Source of the DNA: an uncultured Methanomicrobiales archaeon
GTDB taxonomy: Archaea > Halobacteriota > Methanomicrobia > Methanomicrobiales > Methanospirillaceae
NCBI GenBank assembly: GCA_963697895.1
Contig: OY969100.1
Location: 736,001 to 800,000 of the forward strand
Direction of reading: 5' to 3'
Length of the DNA: 64,000 nucleotides
Positions 9,750-19,025 of the stretch are shown here, piece by piece. Made by a program: the position numbers and the translations under genes. The notes under the pieces are model-generated. The model was not told the origin of the DNA, ran no database searches, and saw only the letters and a program-made list of their open reading frames with translations. Every line of letters starts with the position of its first letter. Position 1 is the stretch's first letter.

Positions 9750-11087
9750 ATGCAGTTCATGAAATCCGGAAGTCTGAGCCGAGGAGGATATATTATGTTT
9801 ATTTCGTGTTTGATATCGCTCCTTGCATTATTACCGTTGAATGCGAGCGCAGAATCCTCCTCGTCTGCTACATCAGGTATAGATTCCGGCGTTGGGTATT
9901 ATCAGATTGATTCAGTCCCCGAGGGTGCCGAAGTCCTGATGGACGGACAGTTCAAGGGAGAGACTCCGATTACCATTCCCGTTTACAGTACAGTTCCCCC
10001 CGGACATACCGTGGTTTTAAGCCTTGCAGGTTTTCTTCCTTGGACCGGTTCATTTCGGACAAATCCGCTGCCAGGTGAAGTCGTCCCTATTCTCGCCGAT
10101 CTACAGCCGATAAATCCAAGCGGATCCCTTTTGGTAACCTCTTCCCCGACTGGCTCTCTCGTGACCGTTGACGGTGACCGGGGACAGATGACCCCCTGGA
10201 CGTACACCAACCTTCCACCCGGAGATCATCTTGTCTCGGTATTCCTTTCCGGGTACCAGACCTTCACCACCACCGTGGCCGTCCCTCCGGGCGGTTTTGC
10301 CACGATCCATGCGGATCTCCCCACGTTATCCAATGCTGGGGTATTACAGGTGATTTCAACACCGGGCGGTGCTGATGTGTATGTCGATCAGGTCTTTGCA
10401 GGGATAACCGCGACCACCATAGGAAACCTTCAGGATGGGAATCATAAAGTAAGGTTGCGTTTAACCGGCTATGAGGACTGGACGGGAGATGTACAGATTC
10501 AGGGGGGAAAGACCACAACGATAACTCCGACACTGGTTCCCATTTCCCAGGCATCTACAGGGGATATCCGGGTTTCATCCACCCCTCCGGGGGGATCGGT
10601 ATACCTTGACGGGGTTTTCCAGGGACTAACCCCTCATTCAGAGCATCTCGAACTGACTCAAATCACTCCCGGAGTCCATCTAATCTCCATTCAGCTCCCA
10701 AATTATCAGGATTACCAGGACACCGTCCAGGTAAATGCAAGCCAGATAATCGTATTGTCTCCTGTTCTCACACCAGCGACACAGCCGTCCGGTAATGGAA
10801 GCATGCAGATCAATTCCCAGCCTTCGGGTGCCGATGTCTACCTCGATGATCAGTACCGGGGTTTCACACCCCTTACCCTTCCGGAAGTGCCGGCCGGGAA
10901 CCATACCGTTATGATCCGGCTCACCGGATACAACGAATATGACCAGACTATCCCCGTAGTACCCATGCAGGACATCCTGATATCGGCTTCCCTCTCTACT
11001 CAGGTGATTCCCACCAAGTCTGGCTTGGTTCCTGTCTCGTTGGTGGTTGCGCTGATTTCAATCGGCCTTCTTATGAAGAGGAAATAG
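9750..11087 (+). CDS. PEGA-repeat surface protein with C-terminal sorting-like signal
   Basis: Five S.P.GA.V..DG...G.TP repeats; C-terminal PTKSG, TM helix, KRK; start codon uncertain (9750, 9759 or 9795). Confidence 0.9.
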   Translation: MQFMKSGSLSRGGYIMFISCLISLLALLPLNASAESSSSATSGIDSGVGYYQIDSVPEGAEVLMDGQFKGETPITIPVYSTVPPGHTVVLSLAGFLPWTGSFRTNPLPGEVVPILADLQPINPSGSLLVTSSPTGSLVTVDGDRGQMTPWTYTNLPPGDHLVSVFLSGYQTFTTTVAVPPGGFATIHADLPTLSNAGVLQVISTPGGADVYVDQVFAGITATTIGNLQDGNHKVRLRLTGYEDWTGDVQIQGGKTTTITPTLVPISQASTGDIRVSSTPPGGSVYLDGVFQGLTPHSEHLELTQITPGVHLISIQLPNYQDYQDTVQVNASQIIVLSPVLTPATQPSGNGSMQINSQPSGADVYLDDQYRGFTPLTLPEVPAGNHTVMIRLTGYNEYDQTIPVVPMQDILISASLSTQVIPTKSGLVPVSLVVALISIGLLMKRK

Positions 11088-11269
11088 TCCTGCAATGCGA
11101 TTCAGTCATTCTCATTTTTTCATCTCTTATGGAGTAAACTATTCCTAGACCATCCAAATTTCATCTCCGACCAGAAATGGCAGGGTTGAACAGAAAAGAA
11201 TCATAATATCTCCGGGCCATATTTCCCGATACGGATCGAATTATCTACGATGTATGAAAGGAGCCTTTC

Positions 11270-11899
11270 ATGAAAGCGGACCGCATATGTAAAACAGAGA
11301 TTCTCGGAGACCTCACCGACGCTCCATTTTACCTGCCCGTATTTGAGGATGCCTATCGGTTCATTATCGATGATTATTCGATCCCCGACAAAAATATCGT
11401 AATTTTCATCCCATGCGCCATACGAAAGCCATATAGTTCCAGTCCCAGCCATCGGCTCTTCCGGCGGATCATCGATAGTATCCTTGCTCCCGGAGAATAC
11501 CAGATCATCATTTTCGGTACCTGTGGAACCGTACCTGCGGAGCTGGAGTTGATGTACCCGTTCGCCCATTATCATTTCATGCTGGGAAAGTGCACGGATG
11601 AACGAATCAGGAGGGATTTTCACATCATTGAAACATACCGCATTGCGGGTTTCCTGGAGAAGACAAGGCAGACCTATAAAAAGAGAGTCGCCTATTGTAT
11701 CGGACCCTTCCGCGAGGCAATGATTCATGCATCTCAAAGGACCGGAATTGCTATGGATATGTTGCTTCCTTCCAATCCTACGATTGAACGGCAACGTGAT
11801 GAAGATTGTCCGTTCCCTGAAGGGAGCCTTTCGATGAAAGAGTACGTGGATGAATTTCGTGAAGGATTGCAGGAATTGAAAAACACACTCAAACCGTAA
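11270..11899 (+). CDS. Stand-alone DUF5591 (archaeosine synthase ArcS core-like) protein
   Basis: FIPCAIRKPYSSSPSH and GTVPAELELMYPFAHY motifs. Confidence 0.75.
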   Translation: MKADRICKTEILGDLTDAPFYLPVFEDAYRFIIDDYSIPDKNIVIFIPCAIRKPYSSSPSHRLFRRIIDSILAPGEYQIIIFGTCGTVPAELELMYPFAHYHFMLGKCTDERIRRDFHIIETYRIAGFLEKTRQTYKKRVAYCIGPFREAMIHASQRTGIAMDMLLPSNPTIERQRDEDCPFPEGSLSMKEYVDEFREGLQELKNTLKP

Positions 11900-12014
11900 A
11901 AAGCTATAAAGCCCTGTGGAGATGTATGGACCGACACCGCGTCACCTGCAGAGAGCGCGTAATATTTATCGCGTCATCGATACTCATTTGTATTGGAATT
12001 CATCTGAGCAGAAA

Positions 12015-12380
12015 ATGGCAGACATTTACGAGAAAATTTACCGGGATCTTGAACATCTCGGTGTGCTTGATGTTAGACAATACGCAGTAATCCATAACGA
12101 TCCCTATCCTCCCCTCTGCATCGACCGGCTGGCTCCCGATCGTTTTGCGATTGCGCATAACCGAAATGATGATGGGACTCTCGTTCCGGATCCGGATATG
12201 GAAATTCGGGTATTCCCGGACAAAAAAATGGCAGAACCACTCACCTATCAGGATGCAAACGGCCGAAGAATTGTGTACCCTGAACCTGGCAAGGTTGATC
12301 TTAAAACGAAAAATGAGCTGACGGTCTATCTCGGGCACTGGCTGAAAGACCTGGTGGAGAAAGGATACCATCGCGAATAA
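12015..12380 (+). CDS. DUF6908/DUF1249-like protein
   Basis: IAH...GTLVPDPDMEIRV...AEPLTYQD...YLGHWLKDLVEKGY; probable start ATG 12015. Confidence 0.7.
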   Translation: MADIYEKIYRDLEHLGVLDVRQYAVIHNDPYPPLCIDRLAPDRFAIAHNRNDDGTLVPDPDMEIRVFPDKKMAEPLTYQDANGRRIVYPEPGKVDLKTKNELTVYLGHWLKDLVEKGYHRE

Positions 12381-12422
12381 AGAAAATTTCAGGAAAACGG
12401 TGTGCCCCAGACAAGAAATTCA

Positions 12423-12740
12423 CTGAGTACCTGTTCGGCCCATGGATAATCCGTCTTGGTCGCCCACCGGCCTTACGCCGTTTTGAGCAGTGGACTCGTT
12501 TTATCCACGCAGTGCCATCTATACCCGTTTGTTCGGCCCCCCAGTGCATTGTCTTTGATCGCTCACCGATCTTACGCCATTTTGAACGGATTACTCAATG
12601 CATCAGGGCATCACGGATATTGAGATACACTGTTCGGCCCTGTGATGATGCGTCTTTGTCGTCGGCAGGTCGTCGCGCCGTTCTGACTTGCAGACTGCCA
12701 TACAGCACAGCACCGGTATCCCGGTATACTCTTCTCTGAG
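12423..12740 (-). ncRNA. Tandem array of three ~100-nt structured RNA units, family unrecognised
   Basis: TGTTCGGCCC at 12432, 12530, 12631; GTCTT at 12453, 12551, 12652; CGCCRTTYTGA at 12476, 12575, 12676; variable arms stay complementary; minus-strand TTTATA at 12769-12764. Confidence 0.65.
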
Positions 12741-12877
12741 GCATATCCCAATAGTTGTCTTAATATAAAAATATATCGAAATGAGTACCGTATAAAGAAG
12801 GAGATTGTTTATAGTGTCGATGAAACGCGCATATTTTATCCGTGTATAATTAAAAAATAAATAGGAATTATCTCTCT

Positions 12878-13219
12878 TCAGTGCAGTTCTGGATGGAATT
12901 CCTTCACCGGGGCGCAAGGCCTGTCACCCGAAATAACCCTTTTTATGTCCCTATAGTGCATGATAAAGACTTTCTGCCGTATCAATGCAGTCAGTTCCCT
13001 TTTTTTAACGGAAATGAGGGGTGAAAACCATGCCGTTCCTTCCTGTTCGCCATGAAAATCGACGACTTCGGCAGCCTGATCGCTCGACAACACCAGTATC
13101 TCCTCCGGTGTGATATAGAACCGGGCCCCCGCAATCTCCATGACAAGCCCCTTTCCGGAACGCCGGGCCGAACCAACCGGGGTGTATAGCTCACACACAA
13201 CATGTCTCATGCCACTCAC
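12878..13219 (-). CDS. Hypothetical protein (113 aa)
   Basis: Protein-like ORF; alternative start ATG 13210. Confidence 0.65.
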   Translation of the reverse strand: MSGMRHVVCELYTPVGSARRSGKGLVMEIAGARFYITPEEILVLSSDQAAEVVDFHGEQEGTAWFSPLISVKKRELTALIRQKVFIMHYRDIKRVISGDRPCAPVKEFHPELH

Positions 13220-13704
13220 CTGAGTATCATGGAACTGTTTCTATGTATAGCTGGCGTCTGACAGTTTTTCTGGCTTATATTCCACAATAACCTATATTTA
13301 GAGGATTTTTGGCTTGCCATTATTGCGAAATGGAAGGAAGGAAAATTGAGGAAAAAAACTCGGATTTTTTTCAAGGTATGAAGAGGATCTCATCCACAGG
13401 CCATCCTAAACCTTCCTACTATGATGACATATACCCATGAGTATGCCGGATGGGATAATGCGCGACAATTGCGCTGCCATTACCCTGTATATCAGAATAA
13501 CAAAATCTTTTCTTGCGTATTTTGTGATGTTTTTATTTTTCCGCATCATATTACAATTATTTTGGCTATTTCCTAAATCTTTTAAGAGATCAGCAAGAGC
13601 ACCCCGAATCTCCGCTCGAAGCGGTATCCGGTAACAATATTCGTCTATTTGAGAGAGTTTCTGCATAAAGTATTTATACAGGAACCTAATAAAAAGAAAA
13701 TTGA

Positions 13705-13822
13705 AACCAACATGCTCCAGTGTGCTGGTATCATCATATGATCAAGCTGATACTCATCAGAAAATATGGTGGCTGATACTCTTCCAGCATCATTATAAGC
13801 CTCTGCTTGGATCATGTTGGTT
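13705..13822 (+). ncRNA. Candidate long-hairpin small RNA (or MITE-like inverted repeat)
   Basis: Six nested complementary blocks closed by AACCAACATG/CATGTTGGTT; TTTATA at 13673-13678. Confidence 0.4.
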
Positions 13823-13987
13823 CTTTCCTATCAGATGATCATGAGTTTAAAATTAATATAGGACGATGTCCATGTTCCGAGGGATATAATTTTTTTGCCT
13901 TCATAAAAAATAAACAAGCATTCGGGACCAGTATCAGATACGGAAATTAATGATTCACTGGCGACCCTGTCTGCGGGGAATTGGATA

Positions 13988-15727
13988 TCACCCGATTACA
14001 ATGTATGCAATTATGGAAAGAAGAAATGCAAGGAGCAATATCGCGATACTTAATGGACCGATAAAAAGGATCATCGTATTCACCGTACTGGCAAGTTGGG
14101 CAATGCGTTGAGAGCCAAAGACGACGATCCGTTCGCAGGTCACCGTGCTTGCCGAGACTTCAGCAGGTGAGAGATCCTGAAGCGCTGACTGAATCGCAGT
14201 ATTGACAAATCCCAGTATCTCTTCCGGCGGGACATGGAGACCGATTGGATTTTTTCCGGTTATCAGATTTACGACATGAGAATCAGTTGTCATTATTTCT
14301 GCTTCGTCTATTTGCATCAGGATATGATCCCGGAATATTTCTCTCGCACCCGACTCCATATTATTTCCATCGAAGAGCATATACGCCGTGGTTTGACCAT
14401 GCACCCGCACGACCAGGGTCTGTATGCCACGGTCCCCAAATCCCTGTGCACGCGTGAATGGAAGGTTGATCTCTGAGACACCAATTTCAAAGGGGTATTG
14501 ATCCAAGGAAGGTGCTTCGTCGATAGCCTGGGTGCTTGCCTTGATATACTCGGTTGCAAGAAGAGTCGCAGGGAGTACATGGCTGATATCCCCGGTAAAG
14601 GAGTTATGTGCATCAATAAATGCGATGTGAGGAAAAGAGCGATGCCCCTCAGCCATTATCATCAGACCGATGCCGACATCAAGATCTTCAGTTTTTTCCG
14701 GAGATCGGGTGCATATAAGGAGAAGGGCATCCGAAAATCGCTGGAAGAGCAAACTGACCGATCCATACCGGACTCTTTTTGAAATCGATGCGTCATTCGA
14801 ATAGGTAAGTTGATCGCGGGAGCCCTGTACTGCATCGATTATCTTGTCGATCTCTGTCTCGGAAACCAGGTTGAAATCATGGGTGGCAGCTCCGTGGGGT
14901 ACCATTACCAGCTCGTCGAATGCCCTCTGGAAACAATTTGGCAGGTTTCCCCCTCCGATCTCCCCCATCGGACCGGGATGCACATTTGGGATCGTCATAA
15001 TCACCCCGCGACGTTCCGGACGGCGGAAGAAGAGGGTTACCTCGGGTACATAGACTTCTTCGCCAATTTTACGGAAAAATTCCTCGAGGTCTTTGGATCC
15101 ATCGGTGAGATGGGCGATAAATGCATTGACAAAATCCAGAATACGAATATGAAATGTTTTATAGAGGGGTCGCTCGATCAGCCGGATCAGCAAAATAAAG
15201 CCTACACCAAAGAACAGCTGGAGGAGGAGTCCGAGGAGGAGGAACCCTGGCGGTAGAATGAGTGTCCCGAAGATCAGACCGGCAATACTCTGGGTTGCCG
15301 CGGGAATAATCATTCGACGGATACGGTAATCTGCGACAGCAACAAGTATCAGGAGACGAGAACCGAACATGAATCCCAGGGAAATGGCGACTGCAAGGGA
15401 GAGAAGTGAAACAGATAATACCAGCGAGAAGAGGGTGATGATTACCCCGAATACCATAGTCGCGAGGGCCAGCAACGCAGAACGGTTCCAGGTCATCGGT
15501 TTGCCGGTTATGTTGACGAGGACTTTCGTCAGTATTATACCGATGATTGCGGGAATAGTGAATACCAGAGATCCGAGAAAATGGTAGGAATCTCCGATCC
15601 GGAAGCTGACAACATCGAGGAGAAGCCCGATGATAATGATGATTCCGACCGAGATTGGCCAGGAAGGTGCGCTGAACAGATAACGGGCAAGCCGTTCGAG
15701 CCGTACATCTCCCTGGAGCACCATCAA
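13988..15727 (-). CDS. DUF2070 family membrane protein
   Basis: N-terminal TM bundle; VHPGPMGEIGGG, HDFN, DAHN, DGNNM and TTDSH motifs. Confidence 0.9.
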   Translation of the reverse strand: MMVLQGDVRLERLARYLFSAPSWPISVGIIIIIGLLLDVVSFRIGDSYHFLGSLVFTIPAIIGIILTKVLVNITGKPMTWNRSALLALATMVFGVIITLFSLVLSVSLLSLAVAISLGFMFGSRLLILVAVADYRIRRMIIPAATQSIAGLIFGTLILPPGFLLLGLLLQLFFGVGFILLIRLIERPLYKTFHIRILDFVNAFIAHLTDGSKDLEEFFRKIGEEVYVPEVTLFFRRPERRGVIMTIPNVHPGPMGEIGGGNLPNCFQRAFDELVMVPHGAATHDFNLVSETEIDKIIDAVQGSRDQLTYSNDASISKRVRYGSVSLLFQRFSDALLLICTRSPEKTEDLDVGIGLMIMAEGHRSFPHIAFIDAHNSFTGDISHVLPATLLATEYIKASTQAIDEAPSLDQYPFEIGVSEINLPFTRAQGFGDRGIQTLVVRVHGQTTAYMLFDGNNMESGAREIFRDHILMQIDEAEIMTTDSHVVNLITGKNPIGLHVPPEEILGFVNTAIQSALQDLSPAEVSASTVTCERIVVFGSQRIAQLASTVNTMILFIGPLSIAILLLAFLLSIIAYIVIG

Positions 15728-16381
15728 GAAAACCCGCCCAATACCAACTCGCTCCGATCTGCGTGTATATGGATCTCAGATGTCTTATAGGTGATTGGAC
15801 GTGTGTAGAAAGGAGCATTTAGGGTGAGGCTTTCATATTCCCCGCCCTCACCCGCGAGATGAATGTGATAGCGGGAAGCGATCATTTTGAGGTCTTTGAT
15901 CAACGATTCGTCGATATGAGCCCCGAGAAAATGTGGACCGAGGCCATCAGCAGCGGTAACTACAATAATAGACTCCAGTCGTGCTGCCACCTCGCGGAGA
16001 AGGGACTCGGGATCCATGTGCCAGAGGGGGCAAAATACCTTCATCGCATGTTTCGCAGCGATACGATCGATTCGCTGGCGCTGGTATTCCGACGCAACAG
16101 CGCCAGTAATAATCCCCTCAACAGGAAGATCCCGTATTCCCGCTTCCAGTTCGACGAGTTCCTCTTCCTTTTTTCCTTCCGAACGGATCTCATGGTAAGA
16201 TATCCCAGAGGCGTCGGCGATCACCGGTACCGCATCAAGGTTGGAGCTGATGGAACATGTAAGAATCGGGGTTCCGTGGCCGGATCGTCACAAGATAATC
16301 TACTTCCATATCGGAATCAATCGCACGCTGGATCGAGAGGATAGAGTCCTTTCCCCCGGAGGTCAATGCCGCCCATCCCAT
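15724..16381 (-). CDS. dph6: Diphthine--ammonia ligase / DUF71 ATP-binding protein (apparent +1 frameshift near 16249)
   Basis: MGWAALTSGGKDS PP-loop from ATG 16381, SYMFH, then GAVASEYQ, PLW, GEGGEYES in the next frame. Confidence 0.88.
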
Positions 16382-16386
16382 CCTGC

Positions 16387-17286
16387 TCACCATCTCCTGC
16401 TTCCCGGTGCCGGAAATGCCCCAAAATATGTCCGGTACCGTGTCTGCAGATCATCCCACCGCGGAAGATATTTCTGGCAACCCCGGTGTTCCACAATGAA
16501 AGCAGCGGTAATCGTACCAATTCTACAGCAATCAATTGCATCGTACCCCCGCATATATGCAGTAAGAAAGCCGGCCCGGTACGCGTCCCCCGCACCCGTC
16601 GGATCCATTCTCTCCACAGGAACCGCGGGAATGTGTTCACTTGTTCCCTGCTCATGAAGCACGCTCCCCCCGTGCCCCATAGTGAAGACTGCAATAGGTA
16701 CTCGTTGTATTATCTCCTCTTCCGTCGAATTCAATATTCGACACATTCCCAGCACTTCGTGCTGATTTGCAAATAGGAGGGATATTCGGTCAAGGATTCC
16801 CGATAACTGAATTTTCGAATAACGATGAATATCCTGCCCTGGATCGAAAGATGAAAAACCGCTCTTTTCAGCAATCCGGAGATTGAAATCCGGATCCGCC
16901 GTTGCCATATGAACGAAAGGAAGACTGGGAGCCTCAGCGTCGGCAAACGCCCGTGATGCGCCCCAGTCGAAATAGGTGACCTGATCGCCCTCCCGATCTG
17001 TGAAGATGAATGCCGCGGCAGTAGGGAGATCCGTCCTGATAAAAAATTGCCGCTGAATCCCGAGTTGGTTCATCCAGCGGTCATATTCACTCCCGGGAAA
17101 GTCAAAACCGATCGCCGATATCAGAGTACACGACTCCCCAAGCCGGGTGATTCCGGCAGCGATATTTGCGGCCCCTCCGCCAAAATCCATGTGGCGCTCA
17201 AGTATCAGTGTGGAGCTGTTTTTTACCGGGATAACAGGCACCTGCATCAGATGATCGATCGCGGTGTGACCCACGACGTATATCAT
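16387..17286 (-). CDS. PfkB family carbohydrate/nucleoside kinase
   Basis: GGGAANIA and [13 protein letters not shown] signatures. Confidence 0.93.
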   Translation of the reverse strand: MIYVVGHTAIDHLMQVPVIPVKNSSTLILERHMDFGGGAANIAAGITRLGESCTLISAIGFDFPGSEYDRWMNQLGIQRQFFIRTDLPTAAAFIFTDREGDQVTYFDWGASRAFADAEAPSLPFVHMATADPDFNLRIAEKSGFSSFDPGQDIHRYSKIQLSGILDRISLLFANQHEVLGMCRILNSTEEEIIQRVPIAVFTMGHGGSVLHEQGTSEHIPAVPVERMDPTGAGDAYRAGFLTAYMRGYDAIDCCRIGTITAAFIVEHRGCQKYLPRWDDLQTRYRTYFGAFPAPGSRRW

Positions 17287-17621
17287 GATTCCTGCACATC
17301 CTTCACTTTCAGGGGTACATCACGGAGTGCTTTACCGATGACCGATTTTGCAATCCTGCCTGCGTGCTCCTTGGATTCTGCCTTAAACACTTTCAGTTCG
17401 AGAGACAGGCCAACGAGAGCCGTGTCTGCCACAACGATTGCACTGTTCAGCTCGCCCTCACAGAACGGGCAGGCGAGCATCCCGATCTCTACCTCAACAT
17501 TTTTTGCAGCAGGATTGAGTCTCTTTCCTGCTTCACTTATCGCAATACCGATGGCGTCATCGAGGGATTTAACATCTCTGATAATCCATGCAGATTCCAG
17601 TGTTACACAATAATCAGGCAT
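17283..17621 (-). CDS. DUF555/UPF0212 protein
   Basis: [28 protein letters not shown]. Confidence 0.88.
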   Translation of the reverse strand: MPDYCVTLESAWIIRDVKSLDDAIGIAISEAGKRLNPAAKNVEVEIGMLACPFCEGELNSAIVVADTALVGLSLELKVFKAESKEHAGRIAKSVIGKALRDVPLKVKDVQES

Positions 17622-17638
17622 TCATTTCCTCAAATTGA

Positions 17639-18169
17639 TCATTCCCAGTATTCCTGGTGCACATGTTCCTCAATTGCCATACGATCGGTCAATATCGGCG
17701 GACTTTGCCCCTTACCGACGCACAATATCGAAACGGGACGGATATGGGGTGGCAAGCCGAGAATCTCCCGTATCTCACCTTCATCCATCGCTCCTACCCA
17801 GCAGGAGGCCAGTCGCTCTGCATGAGACGCGAGCATCATATATGTACATGCGATCGTCGCATCCTGAACCGCATACAGGATCCCTCGTTCCCCGTACCGC
17901 GACATGGAACGAATATAATTCGCACAGATAACAAATAGTACGGCCGCATGTTCTACCTGCGGTTGATCGAATGCTGCCCGGGAGAGTGCATTTTTTACCT
18001 CCTCATCGAGGACTACCACGACATCCCATGCTTCAAGGTTGCCCGCACTCGGCGCAGTTGTCGCGCACGCAAGGATATACCTGATCTGCCCGGGTGTGAC
18101 CTCTTCCGCGGAATATTCCCTGACCGAACTCCGGTTGGCCAGGAAATCAAAAAACTCAGATGAGTCCAT
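17639..18169 (-). CDS. Nitroreductase family protein
   Basis: RSSVREY, APSAGNLEAW, LASCWVG; probable start MDSSEFF at 18169. Confidence 0.92.
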   Translation of the reverse strand: MDSSEFFDFLANRSSVREYSAEEVTPGQIRYILACATTAPSAGNLEAWDVVVVLDEEVKNALSRAAFDQPQVEHAAVLFVICANYIRSMSRYGERGILYAVQDATIACTYMMLASHAERLASCWVGAMDEGEIREILGLPPHIRPVSILCVGKGQSPPILTDRMAIEEHVHQEYWE

Positions 18170-18518
18170 GTTCGTTGAGCACCAGCCATGCTGCCTGTGC
18201 TGCGGTCGTCGATGCGCTGATAGATTCGCTAATCCTGAGCGATGCGGCCCCGAATTGATCGCTTTCAGCAAGGCTGATAGCCTCGCTCAGGAGATCCCCC
18301 GCCTTCCTGAATTCTCCGATGGAGGTATTTGCGAAGGCAAATCCAATCTCAGATCGAACAGACTCCATCAGCAGGATGAGCATCCTCTTCCCCCCGGGCC
18401 GCTCAGTCACCGGAAACGCCGGAAGAGCGGTTGAAAGTTGCGAACAGATGATCAGCTCTGATTTTGCCCGTTCACCAAAGGTGTAGGTCTTCACTGCGGT
18501 TTTCTGATCCATACACAT
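18156..18518 (-). CDS. Hypothetical helical protein
   Basis: ORF overlapping and co-oriented with the nitroreductase. Confidence 0.7.
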   Translation of the reverse strand: MCMDQKTAVKTYTFGERAKSELIICSQLSTALPAFPVTERPGGKRMLILLMESVRSEIGFAFANTSIGEFRKAGDLLSEAISLAESDQFGAASLRISESISASTTAAQAAWLVLNEHGLI

Positions 18519-18620
18519 TAGAATATCCCTGGAAATAAAAGATCATTGTTTTCAGATAAAAAGAGAAGGGCGGACCGATTTCATCCCTTTACCAGAATTC
18601 CGGCCCGGAAAGCATATCGA

Positions 18621-18939
18621 TTATCGTGCGGATTTCTGTTTGGCTCCGAGCATGGAAACTTTTGCGCGCCGCATGGACTTCCTGACAATTGAATTCTCAT
18701 TGGCCCCCATATCGCGTCCCCTGCCGCCGCGACCGGAGACTCCGCCTGCCGCCCCTTCCGCCGCGCCCACCGCCCCGCTGATCCCCGGTGCTCTGTTCAA
18801 GTTTCTTGACCGTAGCACCTGCCTTAAAGCGTTGATTCGGGCCTGGTGTCTTTGATTCCCCTTCAGATCTCGGAACCAGTCTGATTTGTCCTTTGACACC
18901 CTTGACCTGGACCCATTGTGTTGTTCCTGTCTTTCCCAT
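18621..18939 (-). CDS. DUF5350-like basic RGG-rich protein (apparent +1 frameshift at 18737-18741)
   Basis: MGKTGTTQWVQVKGVKGQIRLVP N-terminus and VRKSMRRAKVSMLGAKQK C-terminus join into 105 aa when AGACT is read as AGCT; AGGAG SD upstream. Confidence 0.8.
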
Positions 18940-19025
18940 GATTAAACTCCTTTAATTATACCGTTTCTGTTCCTATAAAGGTATGCGAATAAGTCGATTC
19001 ATCGACAACAGGATAGTTCCTGACA

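Noticed and set aside
12423-12740. CRISPR array or integron attC cassettes as the explanation for the three repeats
   Set aside because: Conserved blocks are short and interrupted, the variable parts pair with each other, the period is about 100 nt, no complementary GTTRRRY partner box or cassette ORFs are seen, and no cas or intI gene is present.
13406-13666. 86-aa and 65-aa ORFs in the AT-rich spacer
   Set aside because: No motifs, no clear ribosome-binding site, atypical composition.
3981-13987. Intact provirus or integrative element at tRNA-Thr
   Set aside because: No integrase, viral or conjugation genes and no attR copy seen.
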